Assembly (NCBI GenBank): GCA_951406725.2
Contig: OX597833.1
Coordinates: 34,844,001 to 34,908,000, forward strand
Reading direction: 5' to 3'
Length of the DNA stretch: 64,000 nt
Source: Octopus vulgaris
Taxonomy: Eukaryota
Part shown: positions 1 through 14,290 of the stretch, piece by piece
How the letters are laid out: each line of letters opens with the position of its first letter
Position numbering within the stretch: the stretch's first letter is position 1
The notes under the pieces: generated by a model
What the model saw: only the letters and a program-made list of their open reading frames with translations
What the model was told of the DNA's origin: nothing
Databases searched by the model: none
Made by a program: the position numbers and the translations under genes

Positions 1-170
1 AGGTTAGTTGCCCGCTTTCAGTTCAATTTTCCTGTAACAAGTGGATTATAAGTGGATAAATCAGTGTATTGGCTTTAGAATAACCTTCTTTAGCCCTTAA
101 TTATAAGATGTTTATACTTCAACCGTAAAGGTTTTTTTTAATATACTGCCACGATTTTTGATGGAATCCT
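1..170 (-). mobile_element. Possible Penelope-like GIY-YIG C-terminal remnant
   Basis: Broken minus-strand translation resembles the F..RY..H...LS.YI..L segment of Penelope endonucleases; followed by (AT)n at 207-252. Confidence 0.25.
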
Positions 171-206
171 TTTCTGTAGAGAAAGGGACTTCATCCTATA
201 TTGTTA

Positions 207-258
<52 letters not shown>

Positions 259-603
259 TTGAGGGAATATTAATCCTAACTAACAGGGAAAAAATTCAAT
301 TTAGAAAGACTAAATCAAATTTCACACAATATAATATACATATATAAAAAATTAGAAAAAACCACCTTTTATCTCAAGAAAAAAACATTTTGGTGTTTGC
401 TGTTTTTTTTCTTGAGAACACTCTTCGTGGTAAGGCGATTTGACGTCTATTTCTAGCGTATAGGATTCCACTTTAGTGGTCATTCCTCTTATTAATTGTG
501 ATATAATTTTTAAATCTTCGGATTTTTTTGAATATGCTAAACCACTGGTTTAAATTGATGTTAATTGATTGATATCATTTTCTACCCTCAGTATTTTTAT
601 ACG

Positions 604-635
<32 letters not shown>

Positions 636-1882
636 CGTATATATATAACTGCTCGCGACCATATAGGGACTAGAAGAATTAGCGAAGAATTGGCTTTAGA
701 AAAAGACAAGATAGATGTGGGTCATAATTTCATGGGTCGACTCAAGGCCACAGAATATGATAAAGCGGAGTAGAAACAAGAACCAGCTTTTAAAAAGCAA
801 AATAATTACATAATCGAAAGTAATCTGCCTTTGCGACAGAGTACGCTCCCTTCATAATGAAGCCTATGATTTTTTTTCTCTCAAACTGGAGTAATTTAGT
901 AGTAATTTAGTAGTTCCATAAAGTTAAGAAAAGAAGAACAAGAGAAAAACAAAATAAGAAAAGCAATTTATTGAAAATTTCTTTTCTCTATGTCGCGATA
1001 AAATCACAGTGAAATAAATACCATAGCTCCTTTGCAAAAGTAATTTTTTTTGGTGTAAATAAATACTTCGATGAAAACAAATCATTTACAGCTTCACTGT
1101 ACACTGTGAACTTTTTTGGGCATGCTATTTCCCAGCATGATTCTTCTTTTCGTATTGTTGACATTAGACATTCATCTATGGTGTTGCATTTCGTGAACTC
1201 ACACAAAACTTACGTGATGTGAACAGAACAAGCATCAAAATGTTCTCAATAATTTTACGTTTTTTAACATCTTTCATCTCAACCTTACCATTTATTTACA
1301 AGTTTATTTGAATCTTTTGGTCAATAATGCAGACTTAATGTGAAATAATTAGGGAAAGATATCAAATTCGCTCCTTTTATCATGATCTGTAACATTCCAT
1401 ATAAAATTTGAAATATAAAAACAGAGGAAGGGGAACAACTTTGATGGAGTTCAACGAAAAAAAATATTAGTTCTATTATTATTTTTCCTTGATTAAACCC
1501 TTTGAAGGCCATATTGCGTGAAATCTGCTCTAAAGAAAGTGCTTAAATAAAAAATTCAATTTCTGGATTAAAATCTCGTAAATATATGTTCTGTAATATT
1601 AGATTTCATTAAATAAACATTTATTACTTCATTTAACATCATAAATTCTTGATTGCTTCCCTTTACATGAATGACTTTCTTTTTGGCCAATTAATGTATG
1701 AGAGAAAAAGAGAAAGGGGAGGAGGAAAAGTGTGAAAGGGAAAGATAGTAAGAGAGTGAAAGAGAGAGGGAGATAAAGGGAGAGGGAGAAGAGGTAAATA
1801 AATATCTTTCTTTTCCTAAGATGTATTGACATATCTATCTCTGATATTCCACTGCAAATTATTTTCAAAATTTATATACGTA

Positions 1883-2271
1883 CTAGCAGTATCGCCCGGC
1901 GTTGCTCGGGTTTGTTTCGACCCTTTAGAATTGGAATTTTTGAAAAGTAAAAATTTTGCATTATGTAGCTTGTTATTCTCTTTAAGTGAACATTTTTCTG
2001 GTTGAAATACACCGAAAAATGGCGACACAGCTGTCAAAAAATTTTTTAAAATAGGGATTTTCATAGAAAAAAGCACCTTTTTGATGTAAATAATTTTTGG
2101 TGTTAACATAGTCCGATTTGAATTTTTTCTTCTACGGAAGGAAGATCAAACCTTCTTCTATCATACTCTCAGTTTTGGTCAACTTGCGCCGCAGGGTCTC
2201 GGAGGAGATATTGTTAGTTGAAGGCTACCAAACCTGCCATACACAGACAACTTCAGCTTTATATATAAAGA
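1883..2271 (-). mobile_element. Non-autonomous Helitron (complete)
   Basis: On the minus strand it begins TCTTTATATATAAAG and ends with hairpin CCCGAGCAACGCCGGG then ...TGCTAG; inserted between A and T with no TSD. Confidence 0.8.
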
Positions 2272-2429
2272 TATTTTAATAAGAATTGTTAGCGCGTCGG
2301 TCAAAATGCTTTGCAGTATTTCTTCTTGCTATTTACGTTACTGAGTGTAAACTCCGTCGAGGTTCACTTTGCCACACGAAACCATGCAGTCATATGTGCT
2401 ATGATTGGAAAAATATGCAATAAACTGTT

Positions 2430-3720
2430 TTAAATTGTAAGGAAATGTATGAAACATTGTGACAAAAAATCGGAAGAATAAATGAAAGAAGAATCGAAGT
2501 TATACTGATCATCACTCTCACCAAATAACTGGTAAAACTTCTCGGTTGTGATGGTCTCGTCGTATTCACCCTGATCCTCGATTTCACTTGTTTGATCTTC
2601 ATTAACTGATGAAGCACTGGGCCTAACATTTCTTGCACAGACGAAGTCATTATATAGCTCGTCGTCTTCTGTACCATCCATGGAACTTGAGATCCTGCAC
2701 TTCAAAAATTATTTCATCACAAGTTCACTCGGTGTTTCAGCCCATGAATCTATCACAAACTGGCAAACAATCTTAAGGAGAGGGCGTTTAAAGTTCCCAG
2801 CCTTTGTCATTTCCTTGTCACCATAAATCATCCATTCATTCCACTTAGCACGCATGTTCACCTTAAAAGGCTTGTTCACCGACACGTCGAGTGGCTAAAG
2901 CAGAGATGTACATCCATCTGGAATCACAGCTTGGTAGGTACGATGCTCCTTTAATCTATTTTTATACTGTCGATCAGATGAGCCCTGAACCATATTCCAT
3001 ACAAGGAACGAATTTGAATGAAGCATAGCCCTTGGCTTGAACCACACTCGTTTAACCAGTTCGTCAATATTGGTTTCATTCACCCACCCGTTCTCCTGAA
3101 CATACACCTATGCCCTCCGGAAACTTCTCTTTAGGGAAAGTCTTTCTTTTGAAAACAACAACTGGGGTAGGTTTCGTACCTTCAGCCATACGAGCCAAAA
3201 TCGTGGTGAAGTGGGCCTTGTCGCTGCCCATAGTTTTTATTGAAATTGTGTTTTCCCCTTCAACGTCGACTGTCCGAGTTCCAACCATATCGAAAAAATG
3301 GGGTGTCTCGTCCATGTTACCGATTACTTCCAAGGCAAACTCGTGACTCTTTCGTAGGTCTATTACATACTGATGGAAGGAATCAACTTTTCTGTCTACG
3401 TCGGCGGGTAATTTCTGTGCGACATGAGCCCTCTGTCTCAGCGTAAGATTGTGACCTTTCATAAATCTCGTACACCAGCCAGAGGATGCCTTAAAGTCGG
3501 ATATACCATGTTCTTTAGTCACTTGGAGAGCCCACAATCTAATGATGTTTCTCGTGACGACAAGTCTATTCGTGCGTAGTTCAGGCACCCAGTCTCTCAA
3601 AATAGTCCCCATCTCCTCATTGGGACTCATTTCTATCCTAATTTTCTGTAACGATTTGATGTCAACAGATTTCATTTTCTCACAACTTGCATTGTTTAGA
3701 TATTTGGCTTGTAAACTCGC
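2430..3720 (-). pseudogene. pogo-family (CENP-B HTH + DDE_1, POGK-like) transposase, disrupted
   Basis: ORF 3076-3675 has FKASSGWCTRFMKGHNLTLR and IGNMDETP. It continues by frameshift into VQENGW...VIPDGCTSLL*PLDVSVNKPFK and an acidic tail. Confidence 0.9.
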
Positions 3721-3958
3721 AACTCGCTATATTAAATTTATACCGTATATTTTTTTCTAATTATTGTTATTAGTACGGAAGAAGATCGGATAAAATTGTG
3801 ATTTGCCCATATGTACACGATTGACTAAAACAAAATAAACTTAATTGTAATATAGAACTAAATTCTCAATAAGTATTCCTACTATCTCCACTAATGATAA
3901 TTATGTGTCAGAAGAACAAGTACAGTTGTACTATACTATTCCAGTGTAAAAAAAAATC

Positions 3959-4310
3959 GAAGGTGCAATGGCCCAGTGGTTAGGTAGAAGACTCGCGGTC
4001 ATAGGATCGCGGTTTCGATTCCCAGACCGGGTGTTTTGAGTGCTTATTGAGCGAAAACACTCAATAAGCACTCAATAAGCAGGGCTTAGTGGTGAACCTT
4101 GCTGTACTCTTTCACTACAACTTTTCTCACTCTTTCTTCCTGTATTTCAAAAGGCCAACTTTGTTACACTCTGTGTCACGCTGAATCTCCCCGAGAACTA
4201 CGTTAAGGGTACACGTGTCTGTGGAGTACTCAGCCACTTGCACGTTAATTTCACGAGCAGGCTGTGAACTGGAACTCTCGTCGTCGTAACCAATGGAGTG
4301 CTGTAGTAGC
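3959..4310 (+). mobile_element. tRNA-derived SINE (family C)
   Basis: A box TGGCCCAGTGG and B box GGTTTCGATTCCC; the 3' part matches the minus-strand copy at 29480-29570. Confidence 0.75.
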
Positions 4311-4599
4311 ATAAAATACATTTTGTTACATGAAACAGAAAAACGTAATTAGTTACCTCCCCTCGTCTGAACAAGTAAAACTTGAATCTAAATACAAGTT
4401 TGTGTAAGGTGTTGGGCAGAAACTACATAACAGTTTATTATGAAGGAATGGTTAAAACAATTTTCAAAAGGTGAAGGAAAATACAGAGCCATATTTATCG
4501 TTGGATCTTCAGTAAGCAAATACCAACTGTCAAGCGGTTGTGGGGGACAAAGACACACACATACACGTTTGTTTGTTTGTATGTATGTGTGTGTGTCTG

Positions 4600-4735
<136 letters not shown>

Positions 4736-5130
4736 ATATATGGACCAAAAACAATTTGATTAAAATTTCGTGCTTCTTAAAGTTTCAGAGCTCTTGAAGC
4801 TTATCGTCGGGCAGTGGAAATTTGGATGAGATGCCCGACGGTAATTTTCACGAGCTTTAAAACTTTAAGTACCACGGAATTTGAATCAAACTGTTTTGAT
4901 CCATACATGTAACTCCCAATAAATGTGTTGATTGATTACACCTACTTCTAGTTGGTGTCAGATGGGATCTGGGTGGAGGACGTCTCAAACTGAACTTGCT
5001 GTAATAATCTATGATGAGGTCTTTTTCCTTCCACGTTGATGGAAACTTTGACTAACTTATGCTGTACCTAGGTGTAGGGGTTGGTCAAATCTAGCCACAG
5101 TATAGCTCTAACATGAGAATTACAGTGGTC

Positions 5131-5134
<4 letters not shown>

Positions 5135-5161
<27 letters not shown>

Positions 5162-5700
5162 TGTATGTATGTATGTATGTATGTATGTATGTATGCATGT
5201 ATGTAAGTCTTTTCTATTTTTTTAATTATTATAAATCTTCCACTGAGGAGGGAGCCGGTTTCCAACAAAGAGACAAGGCTCCATCTTTGGGATGTAGTTA
5301 ACACAGACTAATTCACATTTGGAACTTGAGAATAGTCTTGTATATTTTTATTGTTCCACTCACATATTGCACTTGTAATGTATGAAGTAGCCGGTCCATT
5401 CCTCTTTCTGAAAATCCCAGTTTATTCAGATTCTCCTTTAAGCATTTAATAACAAAACTTAGTGCTCCAATTATAGATATCCTCTTTTTCTTTGATTTTC
5501 AAAGAGATATTTATATCTGCAGGGCAGCTGGCCTCTGTCCCAAACAACAATATTCGGCCTGTTACGTTTACAGAAGTTTGATAGGAATATTCCATCAGTA
5601 TTCCTTGAGTTGGTGCTTATGAATGTATTCTATAACAGGGATTTTCTAAGACTTTTTTTTGCGGATTGCATTGTAAAATGTTTTGAAAATATAGGCATTG
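5135..5700 (-). mobile_element. 3' fragment of R4/Dong-like (REL endonuclease) non-LTR retrotransposon with (TACA)n tail
   Basis: Highly similar to 53772-54610; ORF end ...YKTILKFQM*, then a 3' UTR stem-loop and (TACA)n. Confidence 0.75.
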
Positions 5701-6029
5701 TACAGTGATTAAATATTTTATTCCTCAGAAATATCGTGATTGTTCAAAACTCTCATTGTACCATCCCATAGCACAACCCCGTGGAAATCGTGACATTTAC
5801 CACCTCTTGTGAGTCGGTAAGGTTCCCAACGGGCTACCATTGCCAAGGTTAAGAACTACTGCTGTAAAGCATGGGCAGATCCCAAGATATGAAGTTGTCC
5901 GGATAGAGATATAAGAGGAGGAAAACAAGAAATATTTCAACAAGAGTTATCTTTATTGAACGCTGGAGTGTGTTCCCTTCATCTCCCTATTCCTCCTCCC
6001 TCTTTGATTTATAGATAGATAGATAGACA

Positions 6030-6157
<128 letters not shown>

Positions 6158-6689
6158 TAGATAGAAATGAAACAAGTTATTCGTAACGATCTAGAAAAAA
6201 TATTTGACTAGCAAACCACTAAGGAATTCGTTCCTTTGTAAGTTATGATAAGAAAGAAAAAAAAACATAATGAAATAATTATGTTATTTTGTATTTTATA
6301 CAATACCTATTATTTTGTTGTTGCTCTATTTTCTGTATGTAATGTAATTTATTCAAAAAGAAATCAGCACTAACTTTATTGCAAATGGCGAACGTTTCAT
6401 ATTTTAGGCAGTTTTAATTCCCTGTTGTTATTCAAGATAAGATAAAAAATATTTTGGTGAATTTATTAATAATACATTCCCGGGCTGATATTGTAGTTGT
6501 TGATTCCTTCTTTTGTTATAGTCAGCGTTAGACATTTTGTCGAGCATTGCCACCCAAAATTACTTGCGTGATGCAAACAAAACAAACTGGTAGCGCGATG
6601 CTGTACAAGAATAGTTCATGGGCAGACTATGAATGAGTGATACTAGAGCTGGGAAATCTTGCACGCATTAATTTCAGCTTTTCTTATTA

Positions 6690-8071
6690 ATAGTTTCATT
6701 GTTTCTTTCCAGTAAACTGACATCTGCCTGTTCGAAGAAGACTTCAAATGTAACTAGTAGCGACTTCTCTTGAAAATGGGCAAAATTTAGCATCGTGGTG
6801 TTATCAAGTACCCGCAGAATAAAGGGTTTAGCTCACACCCCATCCAAGGGCATTCATACTGAGATGGCTGCTATATTAGAAGATGATGCTTCCAGCTTTA
6901 TCAACAGTGCGAAAGTGGGTAGTTGAATTTAGGAGGTGAAGGGAAATCCTTGAAGATGATCCAAGGTTTGGACGGGTTGCAACCGCCATCACCGAAAAAA
7001 ACCCATTTATTTCTTTATTACCCATAGGGGGCTAAACATAGAGGGGACAAACAAGGACAGACAAGGGGATTAAGTCGATTATATCGACCCCCGTGATTAA
7101 CTGGTACGTATTTAATCGACCCCGAAAGGATAAAAGGCAAAGTCGACCTCGGCGGAATTTGAACTCAGAACGTAACGGCAGACGAAATACCGCTAGGCAT
7201 TTCGCCCGGCGTGCTAATGTTACTGCCAGCTCGCCGCCTTTCCACCGAGGAAAACATTGATCGTGTTCACCGCATGGTGATGGATGACAGGCGATTGACT
7301 ATAAATCAATTAGCCAATGCTGCTAGCATATCCCGTGAGAAAGTTGAGAATATTTTGCACAATGGCTTGGCATGACGAAGGTTTCTGCTCTGTGGGTGCC
7401 ATGTTTTCTGACACCTGATCATTAGTACACCAAGCTGATCACGACACGACAAAATCTGACATTGTTTGAGACAGATCCAGCTGGTTTCTTTGAACCAGAA
7501 TGAGTGTTGGATTGATCACTTTCAGCTAGAGACAAAGAGACAATCCATTCAGCGGAAGCGCTCCTCCTCAATTATTCAAAAGAAGGGCGTTTCATTTTCA
7601 GGAGAGGTGACGGCCTTAGTTTTTGATGGATGCAAAAGTTATTGTTTATTGACCATCTTCAAAACACCACACCGTGTCTTGTTTCATCAGGACAATGCAC
7701 CAGCATACAAGTTCTTGCTTTTAAAGGCTGCTGTGCGTTACTGTGTCTTTGAACTGGTTGATAACACTCCCTACTCTCCTGATTTGGCCCCATCTGACTA
7801 TCATCTGTTCACCTACATGAAAAACAAAAACAAAAACAAACCCCTACCACTTGGCTGGGAACGAGTATCGCAGTGATGATGCCGTCATATTTGCCGTTGA
7901 TGAATTTTTTGACCTACAACGTGAAAGCTTCTTCACTAATGGGACCAAGCACTGCAACACCAATACGAAGTGTGTGGACTGCAAGGGGGACTATGTTGAA
8001 AAATAAACCTGGTTTGGTTACATCCCATGAAAGTATTTTGGTCAACTTATGAATTTTTCAGCCGACCCTCG
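6690..8071 (+). mobile_element. Mariner (DD34D) transposon, degenerate, interrupted by a SINE
   Basis: Start MGKI*HRGVIKY at 6776; motifs WVP, FHQDNAPAY and PYSPDLAPSDYHLF; right TIR ...CAGCCGACCCTCG followed by TA. Confidence 0.9.
7005..7240 (-). mobile_element. tRNA-derived SINE (family B) inserted in mariner
   Basis: Minus strand reads GGCGGCGAGCTGGCAG...GAGTTCAAATTCCGCCGAGGTCGACTTTGCCTTTTATCCTTTCGGGGTCGAT; imperfect TSD CACCGA..AAAAC on both sides. Confidence 0.85.
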
Positions 8072-9434
8072 TAGTTCTCACCAGTTTTATTTCATTTAAC
8101 CATTTCTAGCTCCGATTCCAACTCTCACTCTAAAGGTTTATTTATTGTATTTGCTGGGAGCTGTGGATTTACGAATATGAAATTCCCAAATAAATTGTAG
8201 TTGCTTATCTTCCCTCACGTACCCTCATCCAAAAATACGCATAAAAAATAAGGGAAATAACTTTTATGGAATTAAGGGAAAAAAATATCAATATTGTGTT
8301 ATTTCTTTTATTTAATTAATCATGTTAACCACAATCTATCCGCAACCCGCTTTAATGAAAATGTTTACGTTTAAATTATAATCTTGGGACTGTAAACACG
8401 AAATGACAAGAAGGATAATATTTGTAAGTTTATCTGAAATATTTGTAATGTCACTCTATATCATGTAGCTCATGATTACTTCCCTTTATACGCACGCCGT
8501 CTCGATGCGTTTAAGGAAAACAAAAAGGAAAGGAGACAAAACAGTGTGTATGCGAACAAATAATCGCCTTACTTTTGTTCATGACAGAAGGTGTATTGTA
8601 ATATTGTTACTCCTTTAACATTCTGCCATGCACTATCTTCAATATTTATAGTTTCGTGATTTACGGTTGTAAAATTTGCCAAAGCTTTATTAAATAAAAA
8701 CACGCCTCACCTATGTCGATAATTGGTTTCAAGACATGCGACTGAACTCGAAACATGACGTAACAAAAAAAAACATTAAAACAAAAATTATTCGATTACA
8801 TTGTTTTAATAAATGCTTTGTACATATTTTCTCGTGTATTTTATTTTATTTTTTTTACCCTCTTCAGCATTGGTTTTTAGGGTTAGACATTTTTTTTTCG
8901 TTCTTTTAAATGTTCGTTAAAGTCGGATAAATCGAGTGAAATCTATTCATTCCATTAATTTCTTTATAAAACGACCTAAAGCCGAACAATATTGAGGTAT
9001 GTCCGTATTCTATTGATTAACATAATGAGGATTGTAATAAGTATAAACAAAATATCTGGCTTTTATATTCTATTCTCCTAACTTATTTGTAATTATGTAA
9101 TTATGTTAGAATAAGTTACATAAAAAGAGATACAGACACTAAATTATCTCTGGTATCGCATGGATATACAACAATTATTCGATCTCCCATGAGAGTTTGA
9201 AATAAGAACCAAATCACCCTTAAATTACTTTCTACTGTCTTAAAAATGGATAAAGTAGTTCTAGATGCACAATACCAAAAAATGAAAGACTGGTCATGGC
9301 TAGAAAGTCTGTAATGGTAGGGCTGAGAAAGAGCAGTACCTGTTATGACTGAAGAACTATGGGTTCACCTGATACTGCTAAAAATAAACTATGGGGTAAA
9401 CTATGGGGTTACCTGATACTGTTAAAAATAAGAA

Positions 9435-9655
9435 TTTCAAATTTTGGCATAAGACCAGCAAGTTCTGGGGAGAGGGTAAATCGATTACAATCACCCTAGT
9501 GATCAACTGGTACTTATTTTAGAGAAAGGACATCCCGAAAGGATAATAGGCAAAGTCGACCTCGGCGGAATTTGATTTCGGAACGTGGAGACGGACGAAA
9601 TGCTACAAAGCGTTTTGCCCGTCGTGCTAACGAAGCTGCCAGGTTTCCGCCTTAA
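9435..9655 (-). mobile_element. SINE family B
   Basis: Same head and central domain as 7005-7240. Confidence 0.8.
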
Positions 9656-9769
9656 TACTGGTAAACTTAATAACAGTCAAACTCACATTTAACTTTGTAA
9701 AACCAAAGAAGGATGAAATAGTGCTATACATGGCTACCAACAACTTTAAGAACTTAATAAATATTTTGA

Positions 9770-9855
<86 letters not shown>

Positions 9856-10134
9856 GATAAGAAAATGGAGGACAAACATCAAATGGAAGTATGTCTGTGG
9901 TGCTAAAAGCCGTTGCTTAATTAATTAAATAATGGCTTTTTAGCACCACAGACACACTTCTATTTGTTGTTTTCCCCTCCATTTTCTTATCGTCTATATA
10001 TACATTAAACTACGGTTTGCCTCTTAAATTACCTGCTGCCGTATACCTTATACCAAAGACCATACTTACTGAGGTAATTACCAGGAGTGCCTCTGGATAC
10101 TCTTATCCTTTAGAGGGCTTAACACCTCTAACCT

Positions 10135-10204
<70 letters not shown>

Positions 10205-10707
10205 TAATTTTCTTTCGAAACACATAGCGTAGAGGTGCTCAAGTCGAACCTGAGGCGTTACAATATAATGGATACAATAGAAAAAGTTCAAATCAGGCAA
10301 ACTACGGTTAACACACATATATATACGGGTTTAGTTAAGATAAAAATAAGAATTGTCCAAGCTGAAACATTTTTTGATATATTAGAGATATAAAAATATA
10401 AAAACATATGAATATTAAAAATATACATGGACATACAAATATATGGATATATAAGCATAATAATAATGGAATATTGATAAAAAACGTTTCTTTTAAAATT
10501 AAAATATGGTATTGAGAAAAAATAATAGGCATTAAAAAGAGTTTTGAGTTACATGTTAGAAGAAGATAAAATATTCCAAGGATCGTTTCTGGGGTTCATT
10601 CGTCCAAATAACAAATGAATCTTAAGATTCATTTCCAGAGAATGTCTCCTTCACATACATACATACATACATACATACATACATACATACATACATACAT
10701 ACATACA

Positions 10708-10738
<31 letters not shown>

Positions 10739-11095
10739 TTGTGTGTACGTGTGTGCGTGTGTGTATGTGTGTGTGATTTCTACATCTTTTTTACATTTTG
10801 AATTGAATTTCAAATTTTCAAATCTGACTCAATCCATGAACTCTAATATCCCATTTTTGGGATAGATATTTTAAATTTAATAAAAATATTATTGTGTTTC
10901 TTTTGTTAAATATTTACAAGTACTCTTCAAATATACCATTAAAATAAGCAATATAACAGGAGAAAAATATTCTTTCTGTAACCATCAGTCATATTTTAAT
11001 TACTAGGGGAAAAAAACCCAAAAAGGGGATGAAAAGGGTGGGATTAAGTAGGGGGAGGGGACAACGGGCCGCATACCCCAGACCAAATGGCGTAT

Positions 11096-11450
11096 CTAGT
11101 TGCACCTTGCAGTCATGTCCGCGATGACGTTACCGCGTAGAATGGTCAGCGATACTCGCTGCAGTAGCCAGTCCACCACGCAGGGCTCATTTCTCAGACG
11201 GCTCGCCGTTATCCATATTTTGTAGAGGAAATTGGTGGTGCGGGGTCCTAGAACATCTGACGTGTCGACAGTGGCCGACACAAGCTGAGAGGGCTAGTCA
11301 AGCCCCTGTATTTATTTATTTTTCTCTCCTCTGCGTTAGGGGCAGCGATACACGGGGTTTGCACCGAATTGAGCCACACGGCACTGTTTGGTTGCGAAGC
11401 GGAACGGAGGCAGGCGAGGTGGTACTGGTCTCTGTCCAACGTAACTGGGA
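11096..11450 (-). mobile_element. CRE-clade non-LTR retrotransposon C-terminal (REL) remnant
   Basis: ACLRSASQPNSAVWLNSV and VDTSDVLGPRTTNFL...WLLQRVSLTILRGN match the CRE pattern VET.G.WG...QR.S.A.QRGN. Confidence 0.7.
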
Positions 11451-11989
11451 GGACAGGAGAAATATAATCGAAGGGTCATTAGCAGCTAAGAAAATGTAAA
11501 AAAATTTATAACATTCCGTCGTTGAATTGCTTTGAATGGGTTAACGTAATGGAGAAGCGATTGTCTCCCCTGTAATAGTGGAACAACAAACGTACACCTA
11601 GTATAAATTAAAGTTTTCCTCGTAATTCATTTTTTTGCGATAAAACTATATTCTATTCCATTCACCTGTTTGTTACAAGTTGATTTGCAGTTATTATTAC
11701 TAACAGTGAAACTATTTGAAGGATTGGGTAAAATTTAATAATATACTTGATGGTCATCTGTTGTCTTAATCATAACTGACTTTTAAGATTTAGATAACTT
11801 TGGATTGAATGAAAAGATTAATAATCTAAGTTTTCTGTCTACTGTCAATGCGTTGCTCTCAAAAATTTATGGTGCTTCTAAATTTAACCCCCCCCCCCAA
11901 AAAAAAAACAAAACAAAACAAAACAGTCCACTATTCGAACTTGAAAATACGGTTTTAGTTTTAGCCTTAATTCCGTCTTGTACAACTGA

Positions 11990-12330
11990 CTAGTACATTG
12001 GGCAGCAAGATGTCTCCATTAATCCCGGTTTTGAGTATTGTCGCCTGCGTCTTCCCAGGTGATGTTAAGTTGCTTCAGATCTTTCTTTGAAGTTGGTGTG
12101 CCATGTCTTCTTTGTTCTCACTCTGTTTCATCGTCCATTTGGTGGTACCCATTGTGTAGCTGTTTTAGAGATTCGTTCTTCTGGTAGATGGAAAACATGA
12201 CCTACCGGTCTCTTCTTTCCGCCACAGTCTCTTCAGGCTGTACAGAGTTATTCTTCTCAGGACTTCAGAGTTTGTGATTCTATCCTTGTAAGTGATCTTA
12301 AAAATATTGTGTAGACACCATTGGAGGAAT
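11990..12330 (-). mobile_element. RTE-clade LINE 3' remnant
   Basis: VGHVFHLPEERISKTATQWVPPNG...KKTW...KDLKQLNITWEDA...NRD*WR. Confidence 0.75.
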
Positions 12331-12455
12331 TCAATGAAATATATGTATTACCAATAATTTTTCCGATACTCATGGATTAAATAGTAAGGCTGGTGTATGA
12401 TGTGTGTATCTAATGGCTATCATGCATACTTTGTTTTCAATATTTGTTGAAGGCA

Positions 12456-12660
12456 AGGCGGAGAGCTGCCAGAATCGTTCGCACACCGGGTAAAATGCTC
12501 AGCGGCACTTCGTCCGCCTTTACGTTCTGAGTTTAAATTCAGTCGATGTCGACTTTGACTTTCATCCTTTCGGGGGTCGATAAAATAAGTACCAGATGAT
12601 CACTGAGGTCGATATCCCACTGCCCAGAAATTGCTGGCCTTGTACCAAAATTTGAAACCA
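12456..12660 (+). mobile_element. SINE family B
   Basis: GGCGGAGAGCTGCCAGAATCG...CTTTCATCCTTTCGGGGGTCGATAAAATAAGTACCAG. Confidence 0.85.
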
Positions 12661-12934
12661 GCACTTGTTGGAGACAATGTGAGAGTATCAGACCAAATTG
12701 ATATATTACAGAACTTACTTCAGACCTATGAACTGATTCATTTAACCCTCAGAGATGAATTAAATGGACGCTAACAATAAAATCTGACGACTCAAGTGCC
12801 TATTCTCTTTTCTATGCAACATTTGTTTTTCTTCATAGTCGAAAATAACAACAGCTCAGTCTAAGTAAAAGCAAACATTTATTAATTTTCTTTTGGCACT
12901 CAAAATATTTTAATACTACTTTAGTGATGAAGGT

Positions 12935-13165
12935 GGAGGTGCATGACTTAGTAGTTAGGGTGTCAAGCACCATGATCGTAAGATTGTGGTTTCGATTTCT
13001 GGACCGGGCGACACTTTCACGTTGCTCCAGTCCACTCAGCTGGTAAAATGAGTAACGCTGCAATGGACTGGCGTCCCGTCTAGCTAGGGAACACATACGC
13101 CATAGGAACCGAGAAACCGGGCCCATGAGCCTGTCTAGGCTTTAAAAAGGGCGCATTTATTTTTA
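12935..13165 (+). mobile_element. SINE family C
   Basis: tRNA-like head, then TTTCACGTTGCTCCAGTCCACTCAGCTG shared with the 49392 and 62651 copies. Confidence 0.7.
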
Positions 13166-14290
13166 TTCATAGTAATGAAGAAATACAATCTCTGCAATCT
13201 CTTTCATATTTTCATTTTATCCGACACATATTTAATATTATGTATTTGATATATATCTCACAATCTTGAAATCATAACTTTTGGTACCATAATGTTACAT
13301 GTAGCAATTTAAACACTTATCTGTCGGTCACATGTCGCTTGTTCTTTATACAAGATCACGTGATACACTGCGTTGTAAACTCTTTTCATAAGGTTACATG
13401 GTACAGAGTGTATTGTCTGCTAAATGTGGCATGATGTGAGTCTCTTTCTCTGGAAAGGTCTGTAAAATAATCCTTTCTTCTTGCTCGAGGTGGCTTTGTC
13501 TAATTAGGCAATTTGAATTTTAACCACCTTTGTTATTTTTTGTTCATTTTACCACTTCAAATCATGTCTGTCAACTTTAAGTACACCACCGACATTCAAT
13601 TTGGATGATTTTGTTTTTTTGAAACAAACCAGGAATTTTTGCAATCTGTTATATGAATATCTAAGAATTTATGTACGAAAATGAGAAGTGTATGTTTTGA
13701 CTTTAATATTACAGGTTGCCAGTTAAGTCGCATTAGTTTCTTTCTTCTCTTATAAAGAGTTTTCGAGGAAGTGGGTGTCTCGTATAACATTATAAAGTCG
13801 GGTCATGTCAGAGTTGATTTCGCTTGTCTTAATATTGTTTTATTTACCGTTGATATCTACAAAAAATTGGGAGCAAATAGTTATGTCCCAGGCCCATATT
13901 TTTGTTACTCTTATTATTATATACATTTATGGCACTTTGACTTATGAGTTCAAATTATACAAATGTCTATTTTGCTTTTCATGCTGGTGGGGATCAGCAT
14001 AAAAGACCAGTTAATTGGGTAGTGCTTCCCTCATTTGTGTTTGTTGCGTGATATAGGTTCGTCTGGAACCCCAAGTTACAAAGAAGAGTTTTTTGAATAC
14101 ATCTTCATCTATATTTCGTATATTTCTTCGGTTTTTAGTTAAAGGATTGAAGAAGTTGTGGGCCTCTAAACATTAAGCTGTTACAGTGTCGTATCCTTAC
14201 TCAAGAAGAAGAGGGCTGGGTTTTTGGCTTTATGTAGTGGCGCCCAGGCTTTCTAAGTTCGGCGCTAGATAACCCAGGATTTTCTCTATA

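Noticed and set aside
988-1512. Short minus-strand ORFs
   Set aside because: No recognisable domain or exon structure.
3959-4030. tRNA-like sequences (also at 30017, 49392 and 62920)
   Set aside because: They are SINE heads continuing into repeat bodies, with no complete cloverleaf.
8856-9000. Possible long-stem hammerhead relic
   Set aside because: Both core boxes are degenerate and could be chance in AT-rich DNA.
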